Shown here: in pieces, positions 45,091 through 54,425 of the stretch
Numbering within the stretch: position 1 is the stretch's first letter
Layout of the letters: each line of letters opens with the position of its first letter
NCBI GenBank assembly: GCA_963827155.1
Contig: CAWGZV010000002.1
Location: 2,689,592-2,753,591, forward strand
Reading direction: 5' to 3'
Length of the DNA: 64,000 nucleotides
DNA from: an uncultured Chloroflexia bacterium
GTDB taxonomy: Bacteria > Chloroflexota > Anaerolineae > Anaerolineales > UBA4823
The notes under the pieces: model-generated
What the model was told of the DNA's origin: nothing
The model's database searches: none
The model's input: the letters and a program-made list of their open reading frames with translations, nothing else
Program-made: the position numbers and the translations under genes

Positions 45091-45966
45091 TCAGCTTTTC
45101 CAACAAATAAACGCTCCGGAATCTTTTGTGATCCGGACCGCCCCTCCGGCAGCATCGATTTCCCTGGCGATGAAATCTACGAATGCATCTCGCCTGGAGG
45201 CATCGATGCCGATGCTGGATGAAGAAAGCAGGTAATCCACCAGCGGTTCCGGTTGAGTTACCAGAAGACCATCTGAATAGCGCCTGAGCTCTACCTGGCT
45301 GAAGCAACCCTCCAGCTCAGCAGCACCGTTTTCCAATGAAAATGAAATTTCCCACTGCATCTGCTGGGAGGCAAGCCGGGCATCAAATTTCTCCATTAAT
45401 CGCGGCAGCTCAGCTAAATGGGATTCACCTACAGTTGAGGCGACCAAGCAGCCCCCCGGCGATAGGACCCGATAAATCTCCTCGAGGGCTGTTCCTCGAT
45501 CTGGAACATGGTAGAGCATATGATTGGCGAGCACACAATCGAAAGCCAGATTAGGGAAAGGGATCGATTGGGCATCCACTACCAAAAATTCTGCCTGATC
45601 AAGACTCCCCTCAAGGTTCCTACGGGCGTCAGCCAACATGCCCTGCGAAAAATCCGTCTGCAAGATTCGCCAGCCCCCTGGAATCCGGGTTAAATTGTGA
45701 AGCCAAAAGCTCCCCGCCCCACAGCCAAGCTCCAGGATGCGGCTGGTCTTGAGAAGATCCAACTGGTCAAAAAGCCAGCGGAACCAGCCGTAGGGATTTG
45801 TACTGAAGCGTGCGTGCAGGTCAATTCGGGCATTCAAGTTCGCGCTTGAGCCGTACTGGCTGCTGCGAAGATACTCCGAATCATTCAGCATCGATCGCCT
45901 CGAGGCGATTATACATCTTTCAAAATTGGGTTTCCAATCATTCAGAGGCAATGTTGAAGGGTACAA
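45091..45966 (-). CDS. Class I SAM-dependent methyltransferase
   Basis: ILELGCGAGSFW (motif I) and LSPGGCLVAST. The start may be the internal ATG (MLNDSEY..). Confidence 0.7.
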   Translation of the reverse strand: MYPSTLPLNDWKPNFERCIIASRRSMLNDSEYLRSSQYGSSANLNARIDLHARFSTNPYGWFRWLFDQLDLLKTSRILELGCGAGSFWLHNLTRIPGGWRILQTDFSQGMLADARRNLEGSLDQAEFLVVDAQSIPFPNLAFDCVLANHMLYHVPDRGTALEEIYRVLSPGGCLVASTVGESHLAELPRLMEKFDARLASQQMQWEISFSLENGAAELEGCFSQVELRRYSDGLLVTQPEPLVDYLLSSSSIGIDASRRDAFVDFIAREIDAAGGAVRITKDSGAFICWKS

Positions 45967-46056
45967 TTAGGATGTAAAACAAATCGTTTCCTTGCCCCTT
46001 GTTGATCTTGAAAACTGCTATCCTGGCCTAAAGCCAGGTTTTAGGAGCGGCATAGG

Positions 46057-46944
46057 ATGGGCACTGCAGAACGAAAAAAACCACCCGCAAACAGTTCCTG
46101 CTTAATCCGGCTGACGCCGCTCATCCTGCTTGCAGGAGCCTTATTCATTTTAGGTCCAGTGCTCCTGAATCTCACCATCCGGACAATGACCAACCTGGCT
46201 CTGCAGTCAGGCAGCCTGCCGCTGGCGGAAACAATCCTTAACACCGCCTTGATCGTCAAACCCCATTCAGCCCAGATCTACGACGCACTCGGATTCATTC
46301 AGTCTCAGCAGGGAAAGAACCCCGAAGCCGAAGAAACCTTCCGGCAGGCGATTGCACTTGACGAGAACAACTCCCGAGCGCACAATAATCTCGGAGTGGT
46401 GCTCCTGATGCTGGAAGAACCGAAAGCAGCAGTCGAGCAACTGGAGGAGGCTACCCAGCTCGACCCTGGAAACGCAGCGCAGTATTACAATCTTGCCAAC
46501 GCTTACCTGGCATCCGGGGAGGGCAGCAGAGCAGCACAATCCTACCGCCTCGCTTACCAGCTCGATCCAAGCCTGGTAGACGCAAATGCACAGCAAGCTG
46601 CGGTCATACTGATCGAAGGTCAATCTTCCGAAGCCGAGGCGGTCTTCAAGCAGATATTAGAGACTGAGCCAAACCATGCCCTCGCCCTGCGCAGTCTGGG
46701 GGTGATTGCTTATCAAAAAAGCGAGTTTTCTGGAGCGCTAGACTACCTTCAGAAAGCTCAGATGCTTGACTCTTTTGACCCCTTCACGCGATTTTTTGCC
46801 GGGATCACGATGGAGCGGCTTGGAAGAATGGCGGAAGCCGAAGCGGAGCTCGAAAGAGCACTGTTCCTGAGCTCGGACCCCGAGCTAAGCAGGCAAATTG
46901 AAGCCCATCTTAGAACGGTGCGAGAATCTCAGGGGGATGGATAA
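46057..46944 (+). CDS. Membrane-anchored TPR-repeat protein
   Basis: N-terminal TM segment LILLAGALFILGPVLL, then repeated A..Y.LG......G....A...F..A+.LDP modules. Confidence 0.7.
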   Translation: MGTAERKKPPANSSCLIRLTPLILLAGALFILGPVLLNLTIRTMTNLALQSGSLPLAETILNTALIVKPHSAQIYDALGFIQSQQGKNPEAEETFRQAIALDENNSRAHNNLGVVLLMLEEPKAAVEQLEEATQLDPGNAAQYYNLANAYLASGEGSRAAQSYRLAYQLDPSLVDANAQQAAVILIEGQSSEAEAVFKQILETEPNHALALRSLGVIAYQKSEFSGALDYLQKAQMLDSFDPFTRFFAGITMERLGRMAEAEAELERALFLSSDPELSRQIEAHLRTVRESQGDG

Positions 46945-46945
46945 C

Positions 46946-47665
46946 ATGCGCCGGACATTTAGCGATCTGCTGATGTTTAGCGGCCTACTGATGCTGACCC
47001 TAACGGGATCGCTTTGGGCACGGGCAACCCTCGCAGATGAGCAGCCAATCGAACCGCGCTACCTGCTCTCTGCTGTGCGGGCTGACGCCCCCCTGCCAAT
47101 CCTGGCAGAAACCAGCGATCCCGCTGCCGAGCCTTTAAGCACCGAAACTCAAACTCCAGAGAAAGAACCTTCAGGACCTACGGCACTCGGGAGTGAAGTT
47201 ATTCGGCTTGTGGTGCCGCGGGTTGCCATTGACCAGACAGTCGTGCCTGTTGGGCTGCGTCCGGGCTCAAAAAGCGCTCTCGAATGGGATACCGACGCGC
47301 TGTTTGCAACAGAAAGCCGTCGAGATCTGGTGGGACAGCTTGCGACATCATTAAATCCAGGGCAGGGCGGGAATGTCATCCTGGTAGGTCACAATTACGA
47401 CTGGGGACGCTATAATTGGGAGGGGGTGTTCCTTCACCTGGGCGATATTGAACCTGGAAACCGAATTTCTGTATATACCCGAGATGGGGGAGCATACCAA
47501 TACACAGTGGAGAGAGTTGTGAAAGTCCCGTCTGGCGAGGCCTCAAAACACGATGCTTATCTGTGGCCTTCCGAGCGTGAGCAGCTTACACTCGTCACAT
47601 GCGGTGGGCCAAATTTTGGGCACTGGTCGCTGAGGATCTACGTCATCGCGATACCGATCCAATAA
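46946..47665 (+). CDS. Sortase family transpeptidase
   Basis: N-terminal anchor. Catalytic His VILVGHNYDWG, Cys QLTLVTCGGP, Arg WSLRIYV. The ATG lies 2 nt after the TPR stop. Confidence 0.75.
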   Translation: MRRTFSDLLMFSGLLMLTLTGSLWARATLADEQPIEPRYLLSAVRADAPLPILAETSDPAAEPLSTETQTPEKEPSGPTALGSEVIRLVVPRVAIDQTVVPVGLRPGSKSALEWDTDALFATESRRDLVGQLATSLNPGQGGNVILVGHNYDWGRYNWEGVFLHLGDIEPGNRISVYTRDGGAYQYTVERVVKVPSGEASKHDAYLWPSEREQLTLVTCGGPNFGHWSLRIYVIAIPIQ

Positions 47666-47711
47666 AAAGAGCCCCTGTATAAGAATACTGAGACTCGGCC
47701 TGGAATAATCA

Positions 47712-47806
47712 TGGCGGGGAGGCAGGGATTCGAACCCTGGGCTGAGATTTATAGTCCCAGCAACCGCTTAGCAGGCGGCCCCAATCGACCACTCTGGCAC
47801 CTCCCC
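47712..47806 (-). tRNA. tRNA-Ser (anticodon GCU), CCA encoded
   Basis: The reverse complement folds as GGGGAGG / anticodon stem-loop GCCGC-CTGCTAA-GCGGT / long variable arm / CAGGG-TTCGAAT-CCCTG / CCTCCCC-G-CCA. Confidence 0.85.
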
Positions 47807-47905
47807 CCAACAGCCCAGAAATTCTACCATATATAAATTGAAGGCGCAACAGAAGTTGCGAGCAGCAGATTGAAAGGGAAAGCAACGATCTCTACGCGAG
47901 GTTGT

Positions 47906-48961
47906 TTAACAAATCCGGGGGAGCATCTCGCCGGATAGGCGGTCGACGATGCGCGTGCTGCCCAAACGGGTGCGCATGACGACCCTGCCGCGCTCACTGG
48001 TCTGGACGACGCCAATTTGTACAGCTTGCTCGCCGTACCGTGTCCGGCGCATAACAGCCAGCAGGCTTTCTACGTGCTGAGGAGCGACAAATGCAACCAG
48101 CTTACCTTCATTTGCCACGTACAGCGGGTCAAAACCAAGAACTTCGCAAGCGGCAGCGACCGGCTCGCGGACAGGAATGGCGGTTTCTTCGAGAACAACG
48201 CTCACTTGCGACTGGATGGCGATCTCATTCAATGTGGTCGCTAGACCGCCGCGGGTTGGATCGCGCAATACGTGGATCTCAGCCCCGCTCTCCAACATCG
48301 CGGCTACCAGTCGATTAAGCGGAGCGACATCGCTCTGAATATCAATTTCAAACCCCAGGTCGCCGCGAGCCGCCAAGACCGCAATTCCGTGGTCCCCAAT
48401 CGGACCAGAGAGCAAGACCGCGTCACCGGGTCTGGCCTGGGCGCCGCCAATTGGATTCGCACCGCGGATCAACCCTATCCCGGCGGTAGTGATATAAAGC
48501 CCATCCGCCTTGCCGCGCTGGACAACCTTGGTATCTCCTGCCACGATCGACACGCCTGCTTCCTGTGCAGCTTCGACCATCGAATGGACGATACGCTCCA
48601 GAACGGTCATCTCCAAGCCTTCTTCTAGGATAAAACCAGCGGTGAGATAGACCGGCTCCGCCCCAAGCATGGCGACATCGTTGACCGTACCGCAAACCGA
48701 CAGCCTGCCAATATCACCCCCGGGAAAGAAGAGAGGCCAAACCACATGCAAGTCGGTGGACACTGCCAGCTTGAGGTGCGGATCGAGCGAGAGGGCTGCA
48801 GCATCATCCCCAGCGAGCAAAGCGGGATTGTCGAAATGGGGGAGGAAGAATCGGGCGATGAGGTCGTGAGACATTTTTCCCCCACTGCCGTGACCCATTA
48901 CAATCCGCTCATTGTGCGGCAGAGGAATGGGACAGACCGGACCTTCTTCAAGAGAGGACAT
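47906..48961 (-). CDS. hypE: Hydrogenase maturation protein HypE
   Basis: 351 aa. GHGSGG and DPTRGGLATTLNEIA, with C-terminal ..MLPRIC (PRIC motif). Confidence 0.9.
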   Translation of the reverse strand: MSSLEEGPVCPIPLPHNERIVMGHGSGGKMSHDLIARFFLPHFDNPALLAGDDAAALSLDPHLKLAVSTDLHVVWPLFFPGGDIGRLSVCGTVNDVAMLGAEPVYLTAGFILEEGLEMTVLERIVHSMVEAAQEAGVSIVAGDTKVVQRGKADGLYITTAGIGLIRGANPIGGAQARPGDAVLLSGPIGDHGIAVLAARGDLGFEIDIQSDVAPLNRLVAAMLESGAEIHVLRDPTRGGLATTLNEIAIQSQVSVVLEETAIPVREPVAAACEVLGFDPLYVANEGKLVAFVAPQHVESLLAVMRRTRYGEQAVQIGVVQTSERGRVVMRTRLGSTRIVDRLSGEMLPRIC

Positions 48962-48969
48962 GGATTTTC

Positions 48970-50061
48970 CTATGCAGCTCGAAGCTTATAGTGGTAGTAA
49001 GCAGCACAAGCGCCTTCAGCAGAGACCATCGGCGCGCCTAGCGGTCTCTCCGGTGTACAAAGAACGCCAAAAGCTTCGCAATCTGCAGGTTTCTTCAGAC
49101 CCTGAAGCACAGCTCCGGCGATGCAAAGGGGCGATTCTTGCGGGCGGATCTGCGCCACATCGAATCGATTTTCCGCATCAAATTCAGCAAATTCCTTTCG
49201 AAGGCGCCAACCGCTCTGCGGGATCTCCCCGATCCCTCGCCACTGACGGTCGCACGGTTCAAATACCTGCTCGATCACTTTTTGGGCTGGTCGGTTGCCT
49301 TCGAAGGTAACCAAGCGCGAGTAGGCATTCTCAACTCCCAACCGGCCTTCTTCAAGCATGCGAACAGTTTGCAGCACCCCCTGGGCGATATCCAGCGGCT
49401 CGAAACCCGTAACCGACATTGGGACGCGGTATTTTTCTGCAAGAGCCGGGTACTCCCAATATCCCATCACTGCACAAACATGTCCAGCGAGCAAAAAACC
49501 CTGGACGCGGTTGTGAGGAGAAGACAGGATGGCATTCATGGCAGGCGGTACCCTAACATGAGATACCAGCACAGAATAGTTGGAAATTCCCTGCAATTGG
49601 GCCTGTACCACGCTCATCGCATTCGCCGGGGCAGTCGTCTCGAAACCGATCGCAAAGAAGACTACCTGCCGGCCTGGATTCTTGCGGGCCAGATCCAGGG
49701 CGTCGAGGGGAGAATAAACCACGCGCACATCACCCCCGGCAGCCTTCACCGAAAACAAGTCCTGGCTGCTTCCGGGAACTCGCAGCATGTCGCCGTAGGA
49801 GGCGAAGATCACATCTGGCCTCGAAGCGATCGCCAGGGCTTTATCGATCAGCTCCAGCGGAGTGACGCATACCGGACAGCCAGGACCGTGTACCAGCTCA
49901 ATTTCTGGGGGCAGAAGCTGGTCGATCCCATACCGCAGCATCGCGTGCGTCTGCCCGCCGCAGATCTCCATCAGCACCCAGGGATGCTTTATCGTGCGCC
50001 GAATCTCATCCATGACACTGTGAACCAGCGCAGCGTCACGGTATTCCTCCAGATGCTTCAT
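48970..50061 (-). CDS. hypD: Hydrogenase maturation protein HypD
   Basis: [19 protein letters not shown] and FETTAP motifs. Confidence 0.9.
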   Translation of the reverse strand: MKHLEEYRDAALVHSVMDEIRRTIKHPWVLMEICGGQTHAMLRYGIDQLLPPEIELVHGPGCPVCVTPLELIDKALAIASRPDVIFASYGDMLRVPGSSQDLFSVKAAGGDVRVVYSPLDALDLARKNPGRQVVFFAIGFETTAPANAMSVVQAQLQGISNYSVLVSHVRVPPAMNAILSSPHNRVQGFLLAGHVCAVMGYWEYPALAEKYRVPMSVTGFEPLDIAQGVLQTVRMLEEGRLGVENAYSRLVTFEGNRPAQKVIEQVFEPCDRQWRGIGEIPQSGWRLRKEFAEFDAENRFDVAQIRPQESPLCIAGAVLQGLKKPADCEAFGVLCTPERPLGAPMVSAEGACAAYYHYKLRAA

Positions 50062-50360
50062 CCAACTGCTCCACCAAATTCGGGGTCTAAAGCAACCTGG
50101 TCGCCTTCATGTTCAGAGAAGCCAAATTCTTCGGCGAAGCTGCCCACCTGCTTGAGAAGGTCCAGCGTTTCTAAAGCTTCAGCTTCGTCAAGGAGGTTCA
50201 GGGCAAACCCCACATGGACTACGGTATAATCGCCTACCTTCGCCTCTGGCACGTAAGCCAGACAGGTCTCACGGACGACACCGCCAAAATCAACCTTGCC
50301 CATCGCCAATCCGCCGCGATCGTAGATTTCAGTAATTTTTCCTGGCACACCTAAACACAT
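50058..50360 (-). CDS. hypC: Hydrogenase assembly chaperone HypC/HupF
   Basis: Begins MCLGVPGKI, the essential N-terminal Cys after Met. Confidence 0.85.
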   Translation of the reverse strand: MCLGVPGKITEIYDRGGLAMGKVDFGGVVRETCLAYVPEAKVGDYTVVHVGFALNLLDEAEALETLDLLKQVGSFAEEFGFSEHEGDQVALDPEFGGAVG

Positions 50361-50380
50361 TTTTTAATCTCCTTAACACC

Positions 50381-52747
50381 TCAACCACCAGCCGCTTTCA
50401 GCCGGGCAATTGCAGTGATTGCCTGACCTAGAGCCAGCCCACCGTCATTGGCGGGCACAAGGCGATGGATATACAACTCGAAACCGGCTTGCTGAAGAAG
50501 ACCTACAGTCAAAGTCAGCAGGAAAGCATTTTGCCAGACGCCGCCGCTGAGAGCAACGCGGTTTACCCCGGTTTTTGCCCGAATTCCGGCACAGACCTCC
50601 GAAACCATTCTGGCGACACCGCTGTGAAAACGGGCTGAAAGGGTTGGGATGCCAATGCCATTTCGCAGGTCGGCGACCAGGTTTGAAAACATCGGCGCAG
50701 GGTCGATAATACCATCTTGCACTGCAAACGGGTAATATCCGGGTTCATGACCATCCACCAGCGCTTCCATCTCGATTGCGGCCTGTGCCTCATAGCTGAC
50801 TAACTGTCGAATACCCATCAGCGCGGCAGCGGCATCAAAGAGCCGCCCCACGCTCGAAGTTACCGGGGCATTCAGACCGGTTTCTAACTGCCGTGCAAGC
50901 GCATCAAGCTGGGGGAGTAAACCACCTTCTTTTTGGAGGGCATGCTGGACTGGAAAGAGGTCCGGCTGCCATTCGATCCCAGCGGCCTTTAGCCAGGAAC
51001 AGGCAATTCGCCAGGGCTGGCGCACAGCTTTATCACCACCGGGAAGGGGGACATAAGCCAGATGAGCCAGCCGCGTGAATGCAGTGAAATCTGCCAACAG
51101 GAATTCACCCCCCCATATCGCGCCATCGTCTCCGTAACCGGTGCCGTCAAAAGCCACACCGATGACCGGCTCTCTCCCATCGAGTCCGTTCTCTGCCATG
51201 CAGGCGGTGATGTGGGCGTGATGGTGCTGTACCCCGATTAGAGGCAGGCCCTGCTCCTCAGACCGCTGCTGGGCGTAGCGAGTCGCGAGATAATCTGGAT
51301 GCAGATCGCAGGCAACAGCTTCAGGTCGAATTCGAAACAGGCGTTCAAAGTGAGCAATGCCCTGCTCAAATGAGGAAAGGGTCTCGAGGTTTTCCAGATC
51401 GCCGATGTGATGGCTTAGAAATGCATACCGGCCGCGGGTCAGGCAGAAGGTGTTTTTCAATTCAGCGCCAGCCGCCAAGAGCGGTGGAGCAGCTTCCAAC
51501 AGGCGAAGCGGGTCTGGGGCGAAACCTCGCGCCCTGCGGAGCGGGTAAAGTGTAAGCGACCTCTTTTGGTCGAGCTCCGTTCGGATAGATGGAAACAGCC
51601 GGACGACCGAATCGTCGGAGCGGGTGTGGATCTCCCGGTCGTGCAACAAAAAGCCGTCGGCAAGGGCTGCGAGCCGCTGAAGGGCTTCATCATTACCCGT
51701 ACAAATTGGCTCTTCGCTCAAGTTGCCGCTGGTCATAACCAATGGAGGCATGTCAAACTCGACCGGCGATCTTCCGGGAACCGCAAAGAGCAAGTAGTGA
51801 AGTGGGGTGTAAGGGAGCATAACCCCGATGGTGGACTGTCCAGGCGCAACCTGCTCGACGACATTCGAGGCGGGATTACGGCGCAAGATTACAATCGGGC
51901 GCTCGCGGCGCTCCACCAGGAGACGTTCCAGCGGGCTGAGGAATGTATGCCTGGAGACCAAATCAATATCTGCAATCATCAGTGCAAAGGGTTTGTCCAC
52001 CCGCAGCTTCCTGCGGCGCAGCTCTTCAACCGCCTCCGGATTGGTCGCGTCGCAAGCCAGGTGGAAACCACCCAATCCTTTTATCGCCAGGATCCGGCCG
52101 TCCTTCAGCATCTTGCGGACCTGCTCAATGGCATCATCTCCATTTACTACCAAGGATCTCGGCGCGCCTGGGATTTCCAGCCAGACAGCAGGTCCGCAGC
52201 GCGGGCATGCAACCGGTTGGGCGTGAAAACGGCGGTCGAGTGGATTCTGGTATTCTCCAGCGCAATCTGGACACATGGTGAAAGGCGCCATGGTCGTTTT
52301 TGGTCGGTCGTAGGGGATGTCTTTAATGATGGTGAAACGCGGCCCGCAGTTTGTGCAGTTTATAAAAGGGTAGCGGAATCGCCGGTCAGCCGGATCGAAA
52401 AGCTCCCTGAGACAGTCCGAGCAGATGCTGACATCCGGCGAGATTGGCTGGAACTCACTGGCTTCTGATTCCGAATGCAGAATTTCGAAGCTTTGAAAAC
52501 CATTTGGATTCTGCCAATCGATCTGGACCTCATCCAGGTGAGCCAGGGATGGTGCCTTACTTTGGAGCGCTACGAGAAAGTTATCCAGGACTGGGCGTTC
52601 GCCGTCGAGTTCAATATCAACCCCGGAGGAAGTGTTGCGAACATATCCTACCAGGTTCAAGTCTCTGGCAAGCCCAAATACAAAGGGGCGGAATCCAACC
52701 CCTTGCACTATCCCGCGAACATGTACTTTTAAGCCCTGGAGAGTCAT
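50381..52747 (-). CDS. hypF: Carbamoyltransferase HypF
   Basis: 788 aa. Acylphosphatase domain VRGIVQGVGFRPF, two CxxC-x18-CxxC zinc fingers, then YrdC-like and Kae1-like domains. Confidence 0.9.
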   Translation of the reverse strand: MTLQGLKVHVRGIVQGVGFRPFVFGLARDLNLVGYVRNTSSGVDIELDGERPVLDNFLVALQSKAPSLAHLDEVQIDWQNPNGFQSFEILHSESEASEFQPISPDVSICSDCLRELFDPADRRFRYPFINCTNCGPRFTIIKDIPYDRPKTTMAPFTMCPDCAGEYQNPLDRRFHAQPVACPRCGPAVWLEIPGAPRSLVVNGDDAIEQVRKMLKDGRILAIKGLGGFHLACDATNPEAVEELRRRKLRVDKPFALMIADIDLVSRHTFLSPLERLLVERRERPIVILRRNPASNVVEQVAPGQSTIGVMLPYTPLHYLLFAVPGRSPVEFDMPPLVMTSGNLSEEPICTGNDEALQRLAALADGFLLHDREIHTRSDDSVVRLFPSIRTELDQKRSLTLYPLRRARGFAPDPLRLLEAAPPLLAAGAELKNTFCLTRGRYAFLSHHIGDLENLETLSSFEQGIAHFERLFRIRPEAVACDLHPDYLATRYAQQRSEEQGLPLIGVQHHHAHITACMAENGLDGREPVIGVAFDGTGYGDDGAIWGGEFLLADFTAFTRLAHLAYVPLPGGDKAVRQPWRIACSWLKAAGIEWQPDLFPVQHALQKEGGLLPQLDALARQLETGLNAPVTSSVGRLFDAAAALMGIRQLVSYEAQAAIEMEALVDGHEPGYYPFAVQDGIIDPAPMFSNLVADLRNGIGIPTLSARFHSGVARMVSEVCAGIRAKTGVNRVALSGGVWQNAFLLTLTVGLLQQAGFELYIHRLVPANDGGLALGQAITAIARLKAAGG

Positions 52748-52805
52748 CGATCGATACCGGTAAATAGTAACGGATATGGAAACAAAGTCAAAATCTAGGA
52801 CCGAC

Positions 52806-52894
52806 TACCATTGAAGCTCCATTGAAGCTTACCATCGGAGTTTGCCTTCGGAGTTTACCATCAAAGCTAACCATCAAAGCTCAGGATCAAAGCC
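52806..52894. repeat. Seven tandem degenerate 11-15-nt units (plus strand (T/A)ACCATYRRAGYT) in the hypB-hypF spacer
   Basis: Units: TACCATTGAAGCT, CCATTGAAGCT, TACCATCGGAGTTTG, CCTTCGGAGTTT, ACCATCAAAGCTA, ACCATCAAAGCT, CAGGATCAAAGCC. The last unit overlaps the hypB stop codon (52887-52889). Confidence 0.8.
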
Positions 52895-53555
52895 TATCAT
52901 TATGGCTGACCATCGATGCCAACCATTCCACCCAGGCTGACAGACCTTCTCCGGTGCGGCAGGAGAGCGGGAAAGTCACCAACCCTGGATTGAGCATCGC
53001 GACCCCACGCTGGAAGTAATCCATATCGAAGGTCACGTAAGGCAGCAGGTCGATCTTATTGATGATCAGCGCATCTACACCCCGGTAAACGCCCGGGTAT
53101 TTGTAGGGTTTATCGTCACCTTCGGGAACCGAGGCAATCAGAACATTTTTATGGGTGCCCAGCTTGAAATTTGCAGGGCAAATGAGGTTCCCTACATTTT
53201 CCACAATCATCAAATCGATCTGGTCCAGCTCAAATTGGGGCAGGGACGCCTGAAACATCACTGCGTCCAGATGGCATTCGCCGCCGGTGTTGACCTGCAC
53301 AGCCGGAACGCCTCGATCCTGGATTTTATCGGCGTCAATCGTGACCGGAGCCGTATCTCCTTCTACGACCGCGAGCCGGTAACGAGGAGCAAGTCCTTCA
53401 ATCGTTCGGAGGATCAAGCTGGTTTTACCGGCACCAGGGGAGGCCATCACATTGATCGCGAAAATGCCGCTTTGATCCAACCTGAGTCGGTTTTGATCGG
53501 CAAGCCGATCGTTGGCATTCAATATTTTTTCCACAACCGCAATTTTCGTCGGCAT
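52887..53555 (-). CDS. hypB: Hydrogenase nickel incorporation GTPase HypB (no His-rich N-terminus)
   Basis: GSPGAGKT-type P-loop (MASPGAGKTSL), ENVGNLICP and NKIDLLP motifs. Confidence 0.9.
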   Translation of the reverse strand: MPTKIAVVEKILNANDRLADQNRLRLDQSGIFAINVMASPGAGKTSLILRTIEGLAPRYRLAVVEGDTAPVTIDADKIQDRGVPAVQVNTGGECHLDAVMFQASLPQFELDQIDLMIVENVGNLICPANFKLGTHKNVLIASVPEGDDKPYKYPGVYRGVDALIINKIDLLPYVTFDMDYFQRGVAMLNPGLVTFPLSCRTGEGLSAWVEWLASMVSHNDRL

Positions 53556-53577
53556 TCATACCTCTTAAAACAAAACC

Positions 53578-53919
53578 TCACTCAACCGAAATCGAATCGA
53601 GATAAAATTCTTCCCCAACCACGACCTTGAACTTCTCGCCATGACAGTGCGGACAGGCAAACCCATCGCCGGAGGGGGCATATTGGGTACCGCAGTCCAA
53701 GCAAAGCAGCTCCACCGGCAGTCGGCGAAAGTGAATAAAAGCCCCTTCAGCAATGGTATCTTTGCTGATTATATCCCAGTAGAATTGGACCAAATCATCT
53801 ACGATCGTGGCGAGCTGACCGATTACCAGGTTCAATTCAGTGATCCGGTTTGCATTTGCCCCGGCGGCGTGCCGCAAGGCAATCTCAAGGATGTTCTGGG
53901 TTACACCAAGCTCGTGCAT
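53578..53919 (-). CDS. hypA: Hydrogenase nickel insertion protein HypA
   Basis: Begins MHELGVTQNILE (MHE motif). CLDC...CPHC zinc site. Confidence 0.9.
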   Translation of the reverse strand: MHELGVTQNILEIALRHAAGANANRITELNLVIGQLATIVDDLVQFYWDIISKDTIAEGAFIHFRRLPVELLCLDCGTQYAPSGDGFACPHCHGEKFKVVVGEEFYLDSISVE

Positions 53920-54216
53920 TTGATCTGATTTCCAATCGACAATCGACTATCCGCAATCCAACAATCTCTGATTTTACCTCAACATTTTCCAACCAGGATG
54001 AGAGGGGGTTCACCCAGCTTAACCAAGATGTTGGGCACGAGATTGGCGACAGCTGCAATGGCTCACTGCCCTGGTACGTTGAAACGGTTAAGTTTGACCT
54101 GGAGAGGCGGGATGCGATAGAAAGGCTGACAGGCAAGCCGCAGTGAGAAAGGATTACGGATCAGGGGGATGCGGAAAACCCGTTCTGATGCAGGGGGCAA
54201 AGCTACCCGTCCAGCC

Positions 54217-54308
<92 letters not shown>

Positions 54309-54425
54309 CTGAAAATTCTACCATAACCAGGTCTCAAGTTGGTAAATCCAAGCTTTAGGTTCTATCGATAGGCCATGCTATACTCGGAAGCAGATGTCAA
54401 TTCCTTGTCATGGCAAATCGAATGC

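Noticed and set aside
45995-46035. Hairpin CCTGGC-CTAAA-GCCAGG plus TTTT between the divergent methyltransferase and TPR genes, as a terminator
   Set aside because: The stem is only 6 bp and it lies between two divergent gene starts, where a terminator makes little sense. It may be a weak operator or simply chance.
49138-52468. Long antisense ORFs inside hypD and hypF (49138-50229, 51566-52468; 300-363 aa)
   Set aside because: They have no recognisable domains and an Arg/Gly/Ser-rich composition typical of the reverse frame of GC-rich genes. The opposite strand encodes unmistakable HypD and HypF.
52806-52894. Could the hypB-hypF repeat array be a CRISPR array or encode a repeat peptide?
   Set aside because: The units are only 11-15 nt, directly abutting with no spacers, and no cas genes are present. 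The 28-codon ORF through the array (MVSFDGKLRRQTPMVSFNGASMVVGPRF) has no RBS and simply mirrors the DNA repeat.
54040-54075. Possible sigma-54 promoter upstream of hypA (reverse complement GGCAGTGAGCCATTGCA)
   Set aside because: The GG-to-GC spacing is 14 nt rather than 12, so it does not fit the -24/-12 geometry.
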